Shown here: positions 20,648-31,554 of the stretch, piece by piece
How positions within the stretch are numbered: position 1 is the first letter of the stretch
Layout: every line of letters begins with the position of its first letter
Source of the DNA: Mycoplasmoides genitalium G37
GTDB lineage: Bacteria; Bacillota_I; Bacilli_A; Mycoplasmatales; Mycoplasmoidaceae
NCBI RefSeq assembly: GCF_000027325.1
Contig: NC_000908.2
Location: forward strand, 270,001 to 302,000
Reading direction: 5' to 3'
Length of the DNA stretch: 32,000 nt
The notes under the pieces: model-generated
What the model was told of the DNA's origin: nothing
Database searches by the model: none
What the model saw: the letters and a program-made list of their open reading frames with translations, nothing else
Made by a program: the position numbers and the translations under genes

Positions 20648-21328
20648 ATGCAAATTAAAGTTATTAATGAAACAAATAAAACTGTTCAAATTTTTCAATG
20701 TGCTAAAGTAAAACATAGGGCATTAGCTTGATTGTGCGATGTATTTTTATTAGCTATTGTACTTGTGGTTATCTTTTTAATTACTCAAGCCTTTAGTGAT
20801 AACCGTTTTCTTTTATTTTTAGTTTTAAGTTGTTCACAAACAATCCTGTGAACGGTTTATTTCATTTTTTTACCATTTTTTTGGGATGGTAAAACTTTGT
20901 TTCGCAACCTTTTGAAGATTAAGCTATTTGCTTTTGACAAAAGGTTTTTGAGAATAATGATCCATGAGTTGTTTTTATGGATTTTGCTTTCAGTTTTGTT
21001 TTTAGTGATTGCTAGTTATTTTTTTATTAACCAAAATAGCAGCGAAGCGCTTAATTTTTTCACTAATTTAGATAAGCCTAATGCAATAGCGATAACAATT
21101 AGAACCATAACAATTTTGATTAGTTTTTTACAACTGATTTTTATTGGTTATTTTTGTTTTAGTTCTGAAAAACAAGCTTTACAAGAGATACTGTCAAACA
21201 CCTTTATGGTTCAAGAAAAACACACTTTAAAATCAAAACCAACTAGCTTAAAAACCAACAATCAACCTGATCCAGCTAATTTACCAGGCGTAATAGCTCT
21301 TGATGAAGTGGAAAAACTCATTAATTAA
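20648..21328 (+). CDS. RDD-family integral membrane protein
   Basis: ATG 20648 is in the same frame as track ORF 20897-21328 and joined to it across TGA codons, giving 226 aa. KHRALAWLCDVFLLAIVLVVIF and FFWDGKTLFRNLLKIKLF fit the RDD-domain pattern (R..A...D... / G.T.G..l.g.r.v). Several TM helices are present. Confidence 0.7.
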
Positions 21329-21333
21329 TAACA

Positions 21334-23445
21334 ATGAATGAACAACAAAAACAAGCAATTAGTTGTGGAAAAGGGGTTAATGTTGTTTATTCTGGAGCAG
21401 GTACTGGTAAAACAACAATTATTACTAATCGCTTTGCATACTTGGTTAATAAAGAAAAAGTTGATCCTAGCAGAATTTTAGCAATCACCTTTACTAAGAA
21501 AGCTGCTAAGGAGATGCAGTTTAGAATCTTGAAACTAATAGATAGTTCTTTAGCTGAGAAAACAAATATCTATACATTTCACAGCTTTTGCAATAAGTTT
21601 TTAATTCAAACATTAAAAAAGCGCTTTATCATCGATGATGATATTAGCTATTTCCTAAAGGAATTTTTAGCTGATTCAAAACTCGATATCAACCTAGCGA
21701 AACAAATTATTGATAACTTTAAAAATACTTTTGCTGATTTTGAAATAAATAAGTTGGATCAAGATGAAAGGTTAATTAGTTTATGTGAGCATTCACTTCT
21801 AAATAAAGATGAAGAATATTCCACTTTAAAAACCCAACTGATTAATGCATTCATTAGCTATGAAAAGAATAAGATATTAAACAATAAACTTGATTTTCAT
21901 GATCTTTTAATTAAAACTTGTAATTTATTGAGTAATGATAATGATTTACTTAATCAGTGGAGTGAACAGTTTCAGCATATTTTAGTTGATGAATTTCAAG
22001 ATACCAACCAAATCCAATATGAACTGATCAAGATGTTAGTAACTAAAAATAAAAACTTGTTTTTGGTAGGTGATAATAACCAGATGATTTACCGCTGAAG
22101 AGGGGCGGTAAACGGGATCATAACTGCTTTAAAGCATGACTTTAATGTTCCGAAAAGCAATGAATTCTTTATTAATCAAAATTACCGTTGCGATCAGAAT
22201 ATTTTAGCAGTTGCTAACCAAATTCTTTTAAAAATTATGGCCTATGAAAAACAAGTTAAAACTGAAAAAAATCTCTTGTTTTCAACTTTAAATTCTGATA
22301 AAAAACCTGTTTATTTTCAAGCTGAATCAGTTGAAAATCAAGCCAATTGGATCTTCAATAAAATCAAAGCACTAAACCAAACAGAAAAGATTAATTTTAA
22401 GGATATGGCCATCTTGTTTAGAAAGAACAGAGATATTACTACTATGGTTGAATTGATTGAAGCGGATGGAACAATTCCCTTACCTAAACAAAAGAGTTAT
22501 TTTAACCAACTAGTAAAACTCCAGCGGGTTTTAATTGCGATTTCAACCAGAACAAATCTTGATATTAAAAGAGCTTTGCAAGCCCTAAAAATTTGATCAA
22601 ATGATTTAAAGGAATTGTGAAAACAGAGTGATAAAACAAACCTATTTGATTTTCTTAAATGATCAGAATTAAATCAAAAAAACCATAGTTCAAAACTTAA
22701 AGCTACTGGTTATTTTAATCTGCTGATTAAGTTAGCAGAGGATCAGCAAATTAACCTTTTGTTTACTGAACTGTTTAAAAAACTCAAAGTGGATCAAACT
22801 ATTGAAAATCTGCTTTGAAAAAAACTAACTGAATTTCAAAAAGATAAAACTGAATTTAGCTTATCAGAGTTTATTACTAGCTTAGCATTGGAATTTGACT
22901 CAATTATTGAAAACAGCAGTGATACAATCAATTTGCTAACCGTTCATGCAGCAAAAGGACTTGAGTTTGAAGCTGTATTTATTTATGGCATGAATCAAGG
23001 GGATTTTCCCTTATTTTTAAGTCAAAATCAAAATGACGAACAACATTTAATTGATGAATTAAAACTGTTTTATGTTGCTATCACAAGAGCAAAACGTTTT
23101 TTGTTTATCACTGCGGTTTTACAAATAAATAACAATTCTATAAAACCATCTAGTTTTTTAAATTACATCAATAAAAGTGAGTATTTAGACATTGCTACTA
23201 TTAACTATGTATTAGAGCAGGATGATGATTTTTTTGATTCAACTAAAAAAACAGACTATACAAAGAAACTAAGAAAAGAAAGTTTAGACATTATAGTGGG
23301 TGATTTAGTTACTAGTAGATACTTTGGAAAAGGAGTTGTAGTTGAAGTGAGAGACAAAGAGGTTTTAGTAGCTTTTAAAGACACACGCTATGGGATGAAA
23401 TGGATCTTAAAAAACCATAAATCACTAACAAAAGCTTTATATTAA
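21334..23445 (+). CDS. pcrA: PcrA/UvrD-type superfamily 1A DNA helicase
   Basis: Track ORFs 21334-22098, 22237-22596 and 22888-23445 share frame 1 and join across TGA, giving 703 aa. Motif I is SGAGTGKTT and motif II is VDEFQDTN. Motif III is GDNNQMIYRWRGA, with its Trp encoded by TGA. Also present are NYRC, VHAAKGLEFEAVF and YVAITRAKRFL. Confidence 0.93.
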
Positions 23446-23447
23446 CA

Positions 23448-23945
23448 ATGGTTGATAAAAACAGTTTAAGAAAATTAATGCTTCTAAAAAGAGCAGAACT
23501 AAATGATCTTGAAAAATCGCATTTAGATCAAAAGATTAACCAAAAATTAATGGCTTTTTTAATAACAAGACCAACAATTAAAAATTTAGCACTTTACATT
23601 CCCATTAAAAACGAAGTGGCTTTTTTAGATAACTTTCTAGATTTTCTTAAGTTAAATAAAATTACAAGCTGTTTTCCTAGTATTGTTGATCAATTTAACA
23701 TGAAGTTTATTGATCAAAATAATAATGAAATTAACCCTAATGATATTGATTGTTTTTTTATCCCTTTATTAGCTTTTAATAAGGCAAACCACAGGATTGG
23801 TTTTGGTAAGGGTTATTATGACCGTTATTTATCATTAACTAGCAAAAAACAACTAAAAATAGGGATAGCATATGACTTTCAATATGCAGAATTCACTAAT
23901 GATCCTTGGGATTATCAATTAGATTTAATTATTTGCAATGGATAA
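23448..23945 (+). CDS. 5-formyltetrahydrofolate cyclo-ligase (MTHFS family)
   Basis: An intact 165-aa ORF. It carries the C-terminal family motif NHRIGFGKGYYDRYL and ends with WDYQLDLIIC. Confidence 0.85.
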   Translation: MVDKNSLRKLMLLKRAELNDLEKSHLDQKINQKLMAFLITRPTIKNLALYIPIKNEVAFLDNFLDFLKLNKITSCFPSIVDQFNMKFIDQNNNEINPNDIDCFFIPLLAFNKANHRIGFGKGYYDRYLSLTSKKQLKIGIAYDFQYAEFTNDPWDYQLDLIICNG

Positions 23946-24783
23946 CATAAAGGTTCTTTTTTTAGGTGATGTTTATGGCAAAGCTGGTAGAAAGATTATT
24001 AGTGATCATCTTCCCATAATTAAAAAAAAGTATCAGTTAAATCTAATTATTGCAAATGCTGAAAACACTACTAATGGTAAGGGTTTAAGTTGAAACCACT
24101 ACCAAATACTAAAACAAGCAGGAATTGATTACATCACTATGGGTAACCATACCTGGTTTCAAAAGCAAGATTTAGAACTTGTTTTAAACCAAGTTGATGT
24201 TATTCGCCCACTTAACTTAATGCAAGATTTTAACTATTTTCAGCTTGGCAAAGGGAGTTATTTATTTAGCTTAAATGGTTTGAAAATAAGGATTACTAAC
24301 TTGTTAGGAACAAGTATTAACTTACCATTTGCAATAACAAACCCATTTGTGGAATTAAAAAAGTTAGTTTTAACTAAAGATTGTGATCTTCATATCGTTG
24401 ATTTTCATGCTGAAACAACTAGCGAAAAAAATGCTTTTTGCATGGTTTTTGATGGTTATGTTACTGCTATCTTAGGAACCCACACCCATGTTCCTAGTAA
24501 TGATTTAAGAATCACTCCTAAAGGAAGTGTTTACATTACTGATGTAGGGATGTGTGGTCCTGGATTTGGTAGTGTTATTGGTGCTAATCCCAAGCAATCA
24601 ATTAAGTTATTTTGTACAGGTGAAAGACAGTTTTTTGAGGTTTCTAATTGTGGTGCACAACTCAATGGCGTCTTCTTTGAAGTTTGTTCAAAAACCAATC
24701 AAGTTGTGAAAATAGAACAGATTAGAATAGTTTTAGATGATGAAAAGTATTTAGCTAATGACTACTTTAATTTAGTTGAGTAA
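23938..24783 (+). CDS. YmdB-family metallophosphoesterase (2',3'-cyclic-nucleotide phosphodiesterase-like)
   Basis: ATG 23938 is in the same frame as track ORF 24139-24783 and joined to it across TGA, giving 281 aa. Calcineurin-like motifs occur in YmdB order: VLFLGDVYGKAGR, NAENTTNGKG, GNHTW, DFHAETTSEK, GTHTHV. Confidence 0.85.
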
Positions 24784-25486
24784 TCTTGCTTTCCTTACCA
24801 TGTAAAATTCTGATTATGTTTGCACGGTGTAATCAGAAAACAACCACAGTTAAAGGTCAATATCACAAGCAAAAAAATAAAATGATATACCATTCATTTT
24901 GATAAGTAATCGACTTTAGAGGATCACTGTTAAAGAAGTATAAATAATCAAGTCAGGGTATTAAGATGATTACAGCTAACACAAAGAATGTAATAAGACT
25001 TGCTAAAGAAACATACTTAGTTATTAAAGTAATCATTATCCAAATTAAAAGACAGATTAAAAATCATCATAAAGATATTGCAAGTAAAGATCCACCAGTA
25101 GTAGCAATTGCCTTACCACCCTTAAACTTAAAATACAGCGGAAAGATATGACCTATTGTAGCTGCAAAACAACTTAAATAACTTAAAAAATAGGTGCTTT
25201 GATACACTTTTTCTGTTAAATAACCTTGTAAACCAAAACGGAATAAAATTCAGGTTAATAAAAAAGCAAAAAAACCTTTAAATGCATCAAAAATAGCCAC
25301 CAAAAAACCAATTTTTAAGCCAAAAACACGCATTGAGTTAGTAGCTCCTGGGTTTTTTGAACCAAATTCCCTGACGTTTTTCTTGAGTATTTTGCTGAAA
25401 ATATCAGCAAAAATAATTGAACCTAACAGATAACCAGAAGCTAGGCTAAAAATGACCAAAATGGCAATTGCACTAGCTTGATTCAT
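24767..25486 (-). CDS. plsY: Glycerol-3-phosphate acyltransferase PlsY
   Basis: Track ORF 25250-25486 (-) continues through multiple TGA codons. I translated it codon by codon down to TAA (plus-strand TTA 24767-24769), giving 239 aa. Motifs present are GSKNPGATN and [18 protein letters not shown], with C-terminal [13 protein letters not shown]. Confidence 0.92.
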
Positions 25487-26129
25487 AGCTTGTAATTATC
25501 TTATTTAATGTTTCAATTATCTTAAGATCCATCAAGCTAGGTTTTTGTTTGGGTTGATAAACTCTCAATAGGCATTGGTAGTGTTTCATTAAACAGTGTT
25601 TATCTTTAAAGTTAATTAGCTTTGGTCCTAAAATAACCAATTCCTTTGTTAATTTAAACGGTTTTTTTAGTTTTTCAATAACCAAAATAGGATATATAAA
25701 CTCTCGATCCTGAACTAGTGTTTCATTAACAATATCCCAACTGTTTAAACTTAAAAAACTACGTAATTCAATTAAATTAGATTGGGGTTGGATTACAAAA
25801 CGATTAATAAAGTTTTCTTTTTGGCTAATTATGTTAATGATTTTCAATCCACCAAGTCCAGCAATTACCCCTATTTTGGGATTAATATTTAGTTCTGGAA
25901 GGTTATTAAATCCATCACTAACAAAGAAGTGGATATTATTGTTATTTTTAAATTTTTGGTAATTACTTAATAAAGCATTTTTACTAATATCACTGTTAAC
26001 AATGGTTAGGTTTTGATTAGTTTTTATTAGATAGGATGTTAGATAGGAATGATCACAACCGATGTCATACACTAGCTTAGGATTAAATGATTGAACTAAA
26101 TTAGCAATTGTGCTAATCCTTTTTTTCAT
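25473..26129 (-). CDS. trmK: tRNA (adenine22-N1)-methyltransferase TrmK-like (YqfN/DUF633 family)
   Basis: An intact 218-aa ORF with [28 protein letters not shown] and [15 protein letters not shown], matching the TrmK pattern (DIGsDHAyLp..l / D...gPl / dGl / iAGMGG.lI). It lies immediately downstream of rpoD, as in Firmicutes. Confidence 0.8.
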
Positions 26130-27606
26130 TAATTCTTAGAAATGACATACTAATAGGATTGTTTCTAACTGCATGTCTCAATTTTCTAATTGCTTTGTTT
26201 TCAATTTGTCTGATCTTCTCTCTAGGGATCAAAATCTTTTGACCTACTTCATCAAGTGTTTTAGGTTCATTGTAAGGGGGCATGCCAATCCGCATTCTAA
26301 CAATTAACTCTTCTTGTTCAGAAAGATTATTGTTCAACAATTCATCAATTTTTTCTGAATTTGAACGGCTTTCGGTAAACTCGTCAGGAGTTTGAGCGTC
26401 TGTGTCTTTAACAAAATCACCAAACTGGGACTCTTCATCATGTCCAACTGTTTTATCAAGCGAAACTGGATCTAAACTTAACCGTTTAATTTCAGCAATC
26501 TTTTTAACATTAAATCCTTCAGCTTGTCCTCCCATCTTTTCAGCTAACTCCTCATCAGTAGGTTCTCGCCCTAACTCTTGATACAAAGCCCGTTCTGCTT
26601 TAGCTAAGCGGTTAATGGTTTCTACCATATGAACAGGGATCCTTACTGTTCTTGCTTGATCAGCTATTGCTCTTGTAATTGCTTGTTTAATCCATCAAGT
26701 AGCATAAGTTGAAAACTTATTCCCTAAAGATCAGTTAAATTTGGAAATAGCTTTTAAAAGCCCCAAATTACCCTCTTGAATTAAATCATTAAAATCCAAC
26801 CCTCTTTCTAGGTGTTTTTTGGCAATAGAAACAACTAGTCTTAAGTTTGAAGTAACCAACTGATTAATTGCATACTTACGTGACTCTTCATCAGTACTAT
26901 TTAAAACCTTGGCAATCCGCTGTTCAGATTCAAAATCTAACATTTTAGAAAAGTCAAGTGATCCTAAAAAGAACCTAACATTATCATCAACCTTATCACG
27001 GTTAGAGATGTTCTTACTTGTTAACTCTTCAATATCTTCATCAATAATTGAAAGGTCTTGGTTAGCACGAAATTCATGGATGTGCTCTTCAACATCGTGT
27101 TGGAGTTGAATCCCCTTATCACGTAGTTCATCCAAAACATAGATAATTTCATCTTCAGGTAGTTCAAACTTAGCGAGAACACTAATAATTTCCTTATTTG
27201 AAAGCGTGATGTTTTTTTGTTTCTTTTTGCTTTTCTTTTCTCAAGCTTCTGTTAGAAGGTTGATGACTGTGTTGGTGTCATCATTTTCAATGTGGCTTTT
27301 TAACGATCCTTCTAAGATATCAAATAACTTCAGATTATTTTTTTCTTTTAAAGGAGCGTGTTTAGGTTTTCTACCCCTTCTTTTTTTAGGAACATCACTC
27401 TCCTTATTTTCATGAAGGGTTTTGAGAAAAGCGATGTTTTCATGACGGTGTTTGCGTTGCACTTTATTGTCAACATAAATCATCTTTTTGTAAGGACGAT
27501 TCTTTTCAAGAATACGCTGTTTTTTAAGTTCAGCAATTAATTCTTCAGATAGTTCTGGTTTGGTTGAATTGGGTTTTTCGCCTAGCGTTTTTTTGTCAGT
27601 GGACAT
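26113..27606 (-). CDS. rpoD: Primary RNA polymerase sigma factor (sigma-70/SigA) with an extended basic N-terminus
   Basis: Track ORFs 27241-27606, 26731-27135 and 26113-26628 (-) share one frame and join across TGA, giving 497 aa. Region 2 reads [31 protein letters not shown]. Region 4 reads [29 protein letters not shown]. Confidence 0.96.
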
Positions 27607-27625
27607 TTAGCTCAATGCGACTAGC

Positions 27626-27631
27626 ATTATA
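27626..27631 (-). promoter_or_regulatory. Candidate -10 box (TATAAT on the minus strand) in the dnaG-rpoD spacer
   Basis: A perfect TATAAT hexamer lies 20 nt upstream of the rpoD ATG at 27606. The 44-nt spacer it sits in is the longest non-coding gap in the minus-strand gene chain. Confidence 0.3.
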
Positions 27632-27650
27632 ATTTTAGCTTATATAACTT

Positions 27651-29474
27651 TTATAGCGTTAACTTTAAATTTTTTAAGCGCTGCTTTTGTTGTTTTAATA
27701 ACGTTTGAAAGGTCTTTAGATAGTTTTGAAAATCATTAGCTTGATAACAAGTTAATTCATCTAAAAAAATATCTTTAATTTCCAATAACCTTGCTTTATT
27801 GTTTAAAAGGTAATTTTGATCTAAAACACTTTCAAAACCAACTCAGTTAGCAGTTTGATTTTCACTCCAATAGATCCTTGCTTTTTCAATAAAAAGTTCA
27901 ACATCAAACAAATTAAAGTTACATTCCTTAAAAACTTCATCTAGATGGGATTGTTTTAATTCAACCAAAAAGCGTTTATCAATTAAAGCAAACGCAAAGA
28001 TTTCAGGTTTTCACAACTCATTAACTGCTTCTTCAAAAGCTGTTTGCACTAGTGCTGCAGTGGTTTTTTGCAATTCTTGTGGTGGTTGAGCATGGCCTGA
28101 AGTATTTATGTAAAAACGGTTGTTATCAAACTTAGATACAAGTTTTTCTTTGTGTTTTAAAACTGTTTCATACAGAGTTTTTTCATCACTATATTCAAGT
28201 AGTTTAACCAAATTTTTAATGAGAAAAATTAAAAAACTATGGTCGTTTAAAATTGTTTGGTTTTTTGTTAAAAAAGCAATGATTTTATTAGTAATAACCC
28301 TTTGATCAAGTTGTTGCTTTTTAAAAAAACTAACAAGATATTCAATTAGATTTTGTCTTTTGTTTGCTTGTAATATAACTTGCTCACTACCCTTGTTTAA
28401 ATACAGTTCATCCCAATCTTTATAGTTGTGTTCTCACTGAACAATTTCCACAATAAAATTGTTGTTATTAAGTTTTTCAATTAAGCTAAACACAGCATTT
28501 TGACCACTAGCATCATTATCAAGTGCTAAAACTAAGGTTTGTAACTCCTTAAAGTGAGCTTTAATGGCTTTAATTTGCACATCATTTAATGCTAATCCCA
28601 TTAATGCAACAGCTTCAAACTTGGAGTTTGTTAGTGTAAAAACATCAAAATAACCTTCCACAATAAAGAGTTGATTGAGGTTTTTATTTAACCTGTGAAA
28701 GTTAAATAACAGCTCCCCTTTTTTAAAAAATTCGTGATCAGCACTATTTTTATATTTCAGTTTGTTGATGTTATCAACACTTCTTGCTGAAAAACCAACC
28801 GGGTTACCATTAAAGTCATGGATAGGGATCATAATCTGGTTTTGAAAGGTAGCTTTTTTGGTATTAAAGTCAAAAAAGCCAAGACCTTGCTGGTTAGTTT
28901 TTGAAAAAAGATACAATTCACTCGGTTTTATCTTTGGATTAATGAAGGGGTATCTTTCCATACTTTCACATAGATACTTATCTTCATTGTGAAAAGCAAG
29001 TCCTAGCTGAAACTGTTCAATTAATGTTTTATTAAGCTTTCTTTTTTCAACTAAATAATTCATCCCATTTGGGTTTGTTTCTCTTTTTAATCTGGTTTGA
29101 TAATAAGTAATTAAAGCATTGTTTATCTCCCAATATCGTTTTTGTTTTGGATCAACTTTTGTTAGTAAATTACTGTTCCAATTTTCTAACTTAATTCCAC
29201 AAATTTCAATTGCTTTTTTAAGTGCAGTTTTTCAATCTAACTGGTCATGCTTTTGGATAAACGCTATTCCGTTGCCAGCTGCATTACAAGCCCAACACTT
29301 AAAGATGTTTTTAGAACTGGAAATGGACATAGAAGGATTTTTATCATCATGAAAAGGACATAAAGCAAGTAGACTATTACCCTTAGTTTGGATTTTAACC
29401 CCGTAGTGTTGAATAATTTCAGTAATTTTAATCTGCTTTAAAAGTTCATCTAAACTGTTGCTTTTATTGACCAT
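27651..29474 (-). CDS. dnaG: DNA primase DnaG
   Basis: Track ORFs 29232-29474, 28434-29063 and 28011-28211 (-) share one frame. Downstream of TGA 28011-13 I translated codon by codon to TAA (plus-strand TTA 27651-53), giving 607 aa. The CHC2 zinc finger is CPFHDDKNPSMSIS...FKCWACNAAGNGIAF. TOPRIM motifs VEGYFDV and LDNDASG are present. Confidence 0.95.
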
Positions 29475-30804
29475 TTTTCATGAATCATTGTGGTAATTCT
29501 TTGATAGCAATTCGCTGTTGAACTAAAGTATCTCTATCTCTGATGGTAACTGCATTATCTTCTAAACTTTCAAAGTCAAAAGTGACTGCATACTTTATTC
29601 CAATTGCATCTGCTTTTCGATACCTTTTACCAATACTACCAGTTGTCTCAAAGCACACTCTTCACCTTGTTTTTGCTAGCGTTTCAAATACAGAAAATGC
29701 TTCTTTTTTAAGTTTATTTACAAGTGGTAAAACAATAATTTGTTCAGGACATAAGTCAAATGGTAAACTCAATACTTCCCGTTCTTCCTCATTAATAATT
29801 TCTCTCCTATAACTACTGACAATTAGTGCATAAAATAACCGTTCAATGCCAACCGCAGGTTCGATTATGAAAGGTAAGAAATGTTGGTTTAATTCGCTAT
29901 CAAAAAAACTCATGCTCTTTTTTGAAAACTCTTGGTGTTGTTTTAGATCAAAATCACCCCTGTTAGCCAAGCCTCATAACTCCTTTAATCCGTGGGGAAA
30001 ATTAAACAAAAAGTCAGTAGTTTTTTTGGCATAATGAGCCAATTCTGATTGATCATATTCATGTTTTTTTAACAATTCTGGGTTAATTTTTAACACTGTT
30101 TGTAGAAACTGTTCTACCATTATTAATTGTTTTTCAAACAGCGAATTTGCATCATCAGGTTTACAAAACCACTCAATTTCAAACTGTTCAAACTCTCTAG
30201 TTCTAAACAAGAAGTTACCTGGGGTGATTTCATTACGAAAGCTTTTACCAAACTGGGCAATAGCAAAAGGTAAATTACGCTTCTTAGCTTGCAAGATATT
30301 TTTAAAGTTAATAAAGCTACCTTGAGCAGTCTCAGGACGGAGAAAAACAAGGCGTTTATCGTTGTTTACAACCCCGATTTCAGTTTGAAAAAGTAAGTTA
30401 AAATCCCTCACTTCTGATCAATTTTGGTTATGACAATTAGGACAGTTAACTTTAAAACTATTCCAATCCTTTTTAGCTTTTATTTCAGCATTAATTTGAT
30501 CAACACGAAAGCGGTATTTACAACTCTTACAATCAACTAAAGTATCAACAAAGTTAGCTAAATGTCCTGATGCTTTTCAAACCAATTCGCTGAGAATAAT
30601 AGGGGTTTCAACTAAAAGAACATCAGCTTTATTTTTAATAAAAAAGTTATATAAAGCTTGTTTGATTTGTTGTTTTAAAACTGCACCTAATGGACCAAAA
30701 TCCCAACTATTGTTTAAACCGTTGTAAATTTCACTACTCTGAAATACAAAACCATGTTGTTTGAGAAACTGAACATAAACTTCTTGGTTGTAAACTTTAG
30801 CCAT
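29464..30804 (-). CDS. glyQS: Glycyl-tRNA synthetase (alpha2-type, GlyQS)
   Basis: Track ORFs 30577-30804, 29974-30411 and 29662-29970 (-) share one frame. The frame continues through TGA 29662-64 to TAA (plus-strand TTA 29464-66), giving 446 aa. Class II motif 2 is GKSFRNEITPGNFLFRTREFEQFEIEWF, and the sequence also contains FIIEPAVGIERL. Confidence 0.94.
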
Positions 30805-30823
30805 TGTTAATTAATCTTAAAAA

Positions 30824-31552
30824 TTAGTTTTTTCAAGCAAACAAGATAATCCCTAAAGCAACACTTACATTTAAAGAATTGATCTTATTGTTCATAGGAA
30901 TTTTGATTCTACAATCTGCATTCTTTGTTATTAGTTGATTCACACCCCTATCCTCATTGCCAACAATTAAGATTTTTTTAGCAAAATCAACTTTGCGATA
31001 ATCAATTGGTTTTCAAATAGGATCCAGAGTTGAAACAACAGTTCAAAATCCTATTTCTTTTAGCTTAGTGATCGTATAACTTAAGTTAGCTACTTGCACT
31101 AAGTTTTGATAAAAAACACTACCCATACTAGTTTTCATGACTGTATTGTTGATAGGGACTTGGTTATTCTTTTTAAAGATAATTCCATCAACCTCACTAG
31201 CCAAACAAGTTCTTAGTATAGCACCAAAATTATAAGGGTCTTGGATCTCATCTAACATCACAAGTGTACTGCACTTCTTATTTTCAACTACTTTAACCAG
31301 TTGATCAAGTGGAATTAAGAGTTGGTTAGTATCTAAAACTGCTACCAATTCCTGGTGGTTAATATCTCTATACTGATTGTTAAATCAGTTAGTTGAATGG
31401 ATTTGAAAATTAATTTTTTTAGCTTCAATTAAAGGTATTAGTTTTTTGTGACGAATGGAAATGTTTACCAATTTAATGTGAACTTGGTTATTAATCGCTT
31501 CCTCAAAGGCTTTAACACCAAATAAGCAACTTTGTTGGCGTGGTTTTTTCAT
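30824..31552 (-). CDS. SpoU/TrmH-family RNA 2'-O-methyltransferase (RlmB/YacO-like)
   Basis: ATG (plus-strand CAT 31550-52) is in the same frame as track ORF 31043-31348. The frame continues through TGA codons to TAA (plus-strand TTA 30824-26), giving 242 aa. Motifs present are LDEIQDPYNFGAILRT, VGNEDRGV and IPMNNKINSLNVSVALGIILF. It lies directly downstream of cysS. Confidence 0.85.
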
Positions 31553-31554
31553 TA

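Noticed and set aside
16885-23445. The idea that the orphan membrane proteins plus the SF1 helicase form a phage-defence or mobile island.
   Set aside because: There are no nuclease, methylase, integrase, toxin or repeat boundaries, and composition is the same as the flanks. The helicase has a full PcrA/UvrD motif set and looks like the housekeeping replication/repair helicase. The cluster is retained as a finding of unknown function only.
30805-30823. I looked for a T-box leader upstream of glyQS, and for leaders upstream of other aaRS and ribosomal genes.
   Set aside because: Only 19 nt separate the upstream stop from the glyQS ATG, which is far too short for a T-box riboswitch of about 200 nt. 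No specifier or terminator structures are visible.
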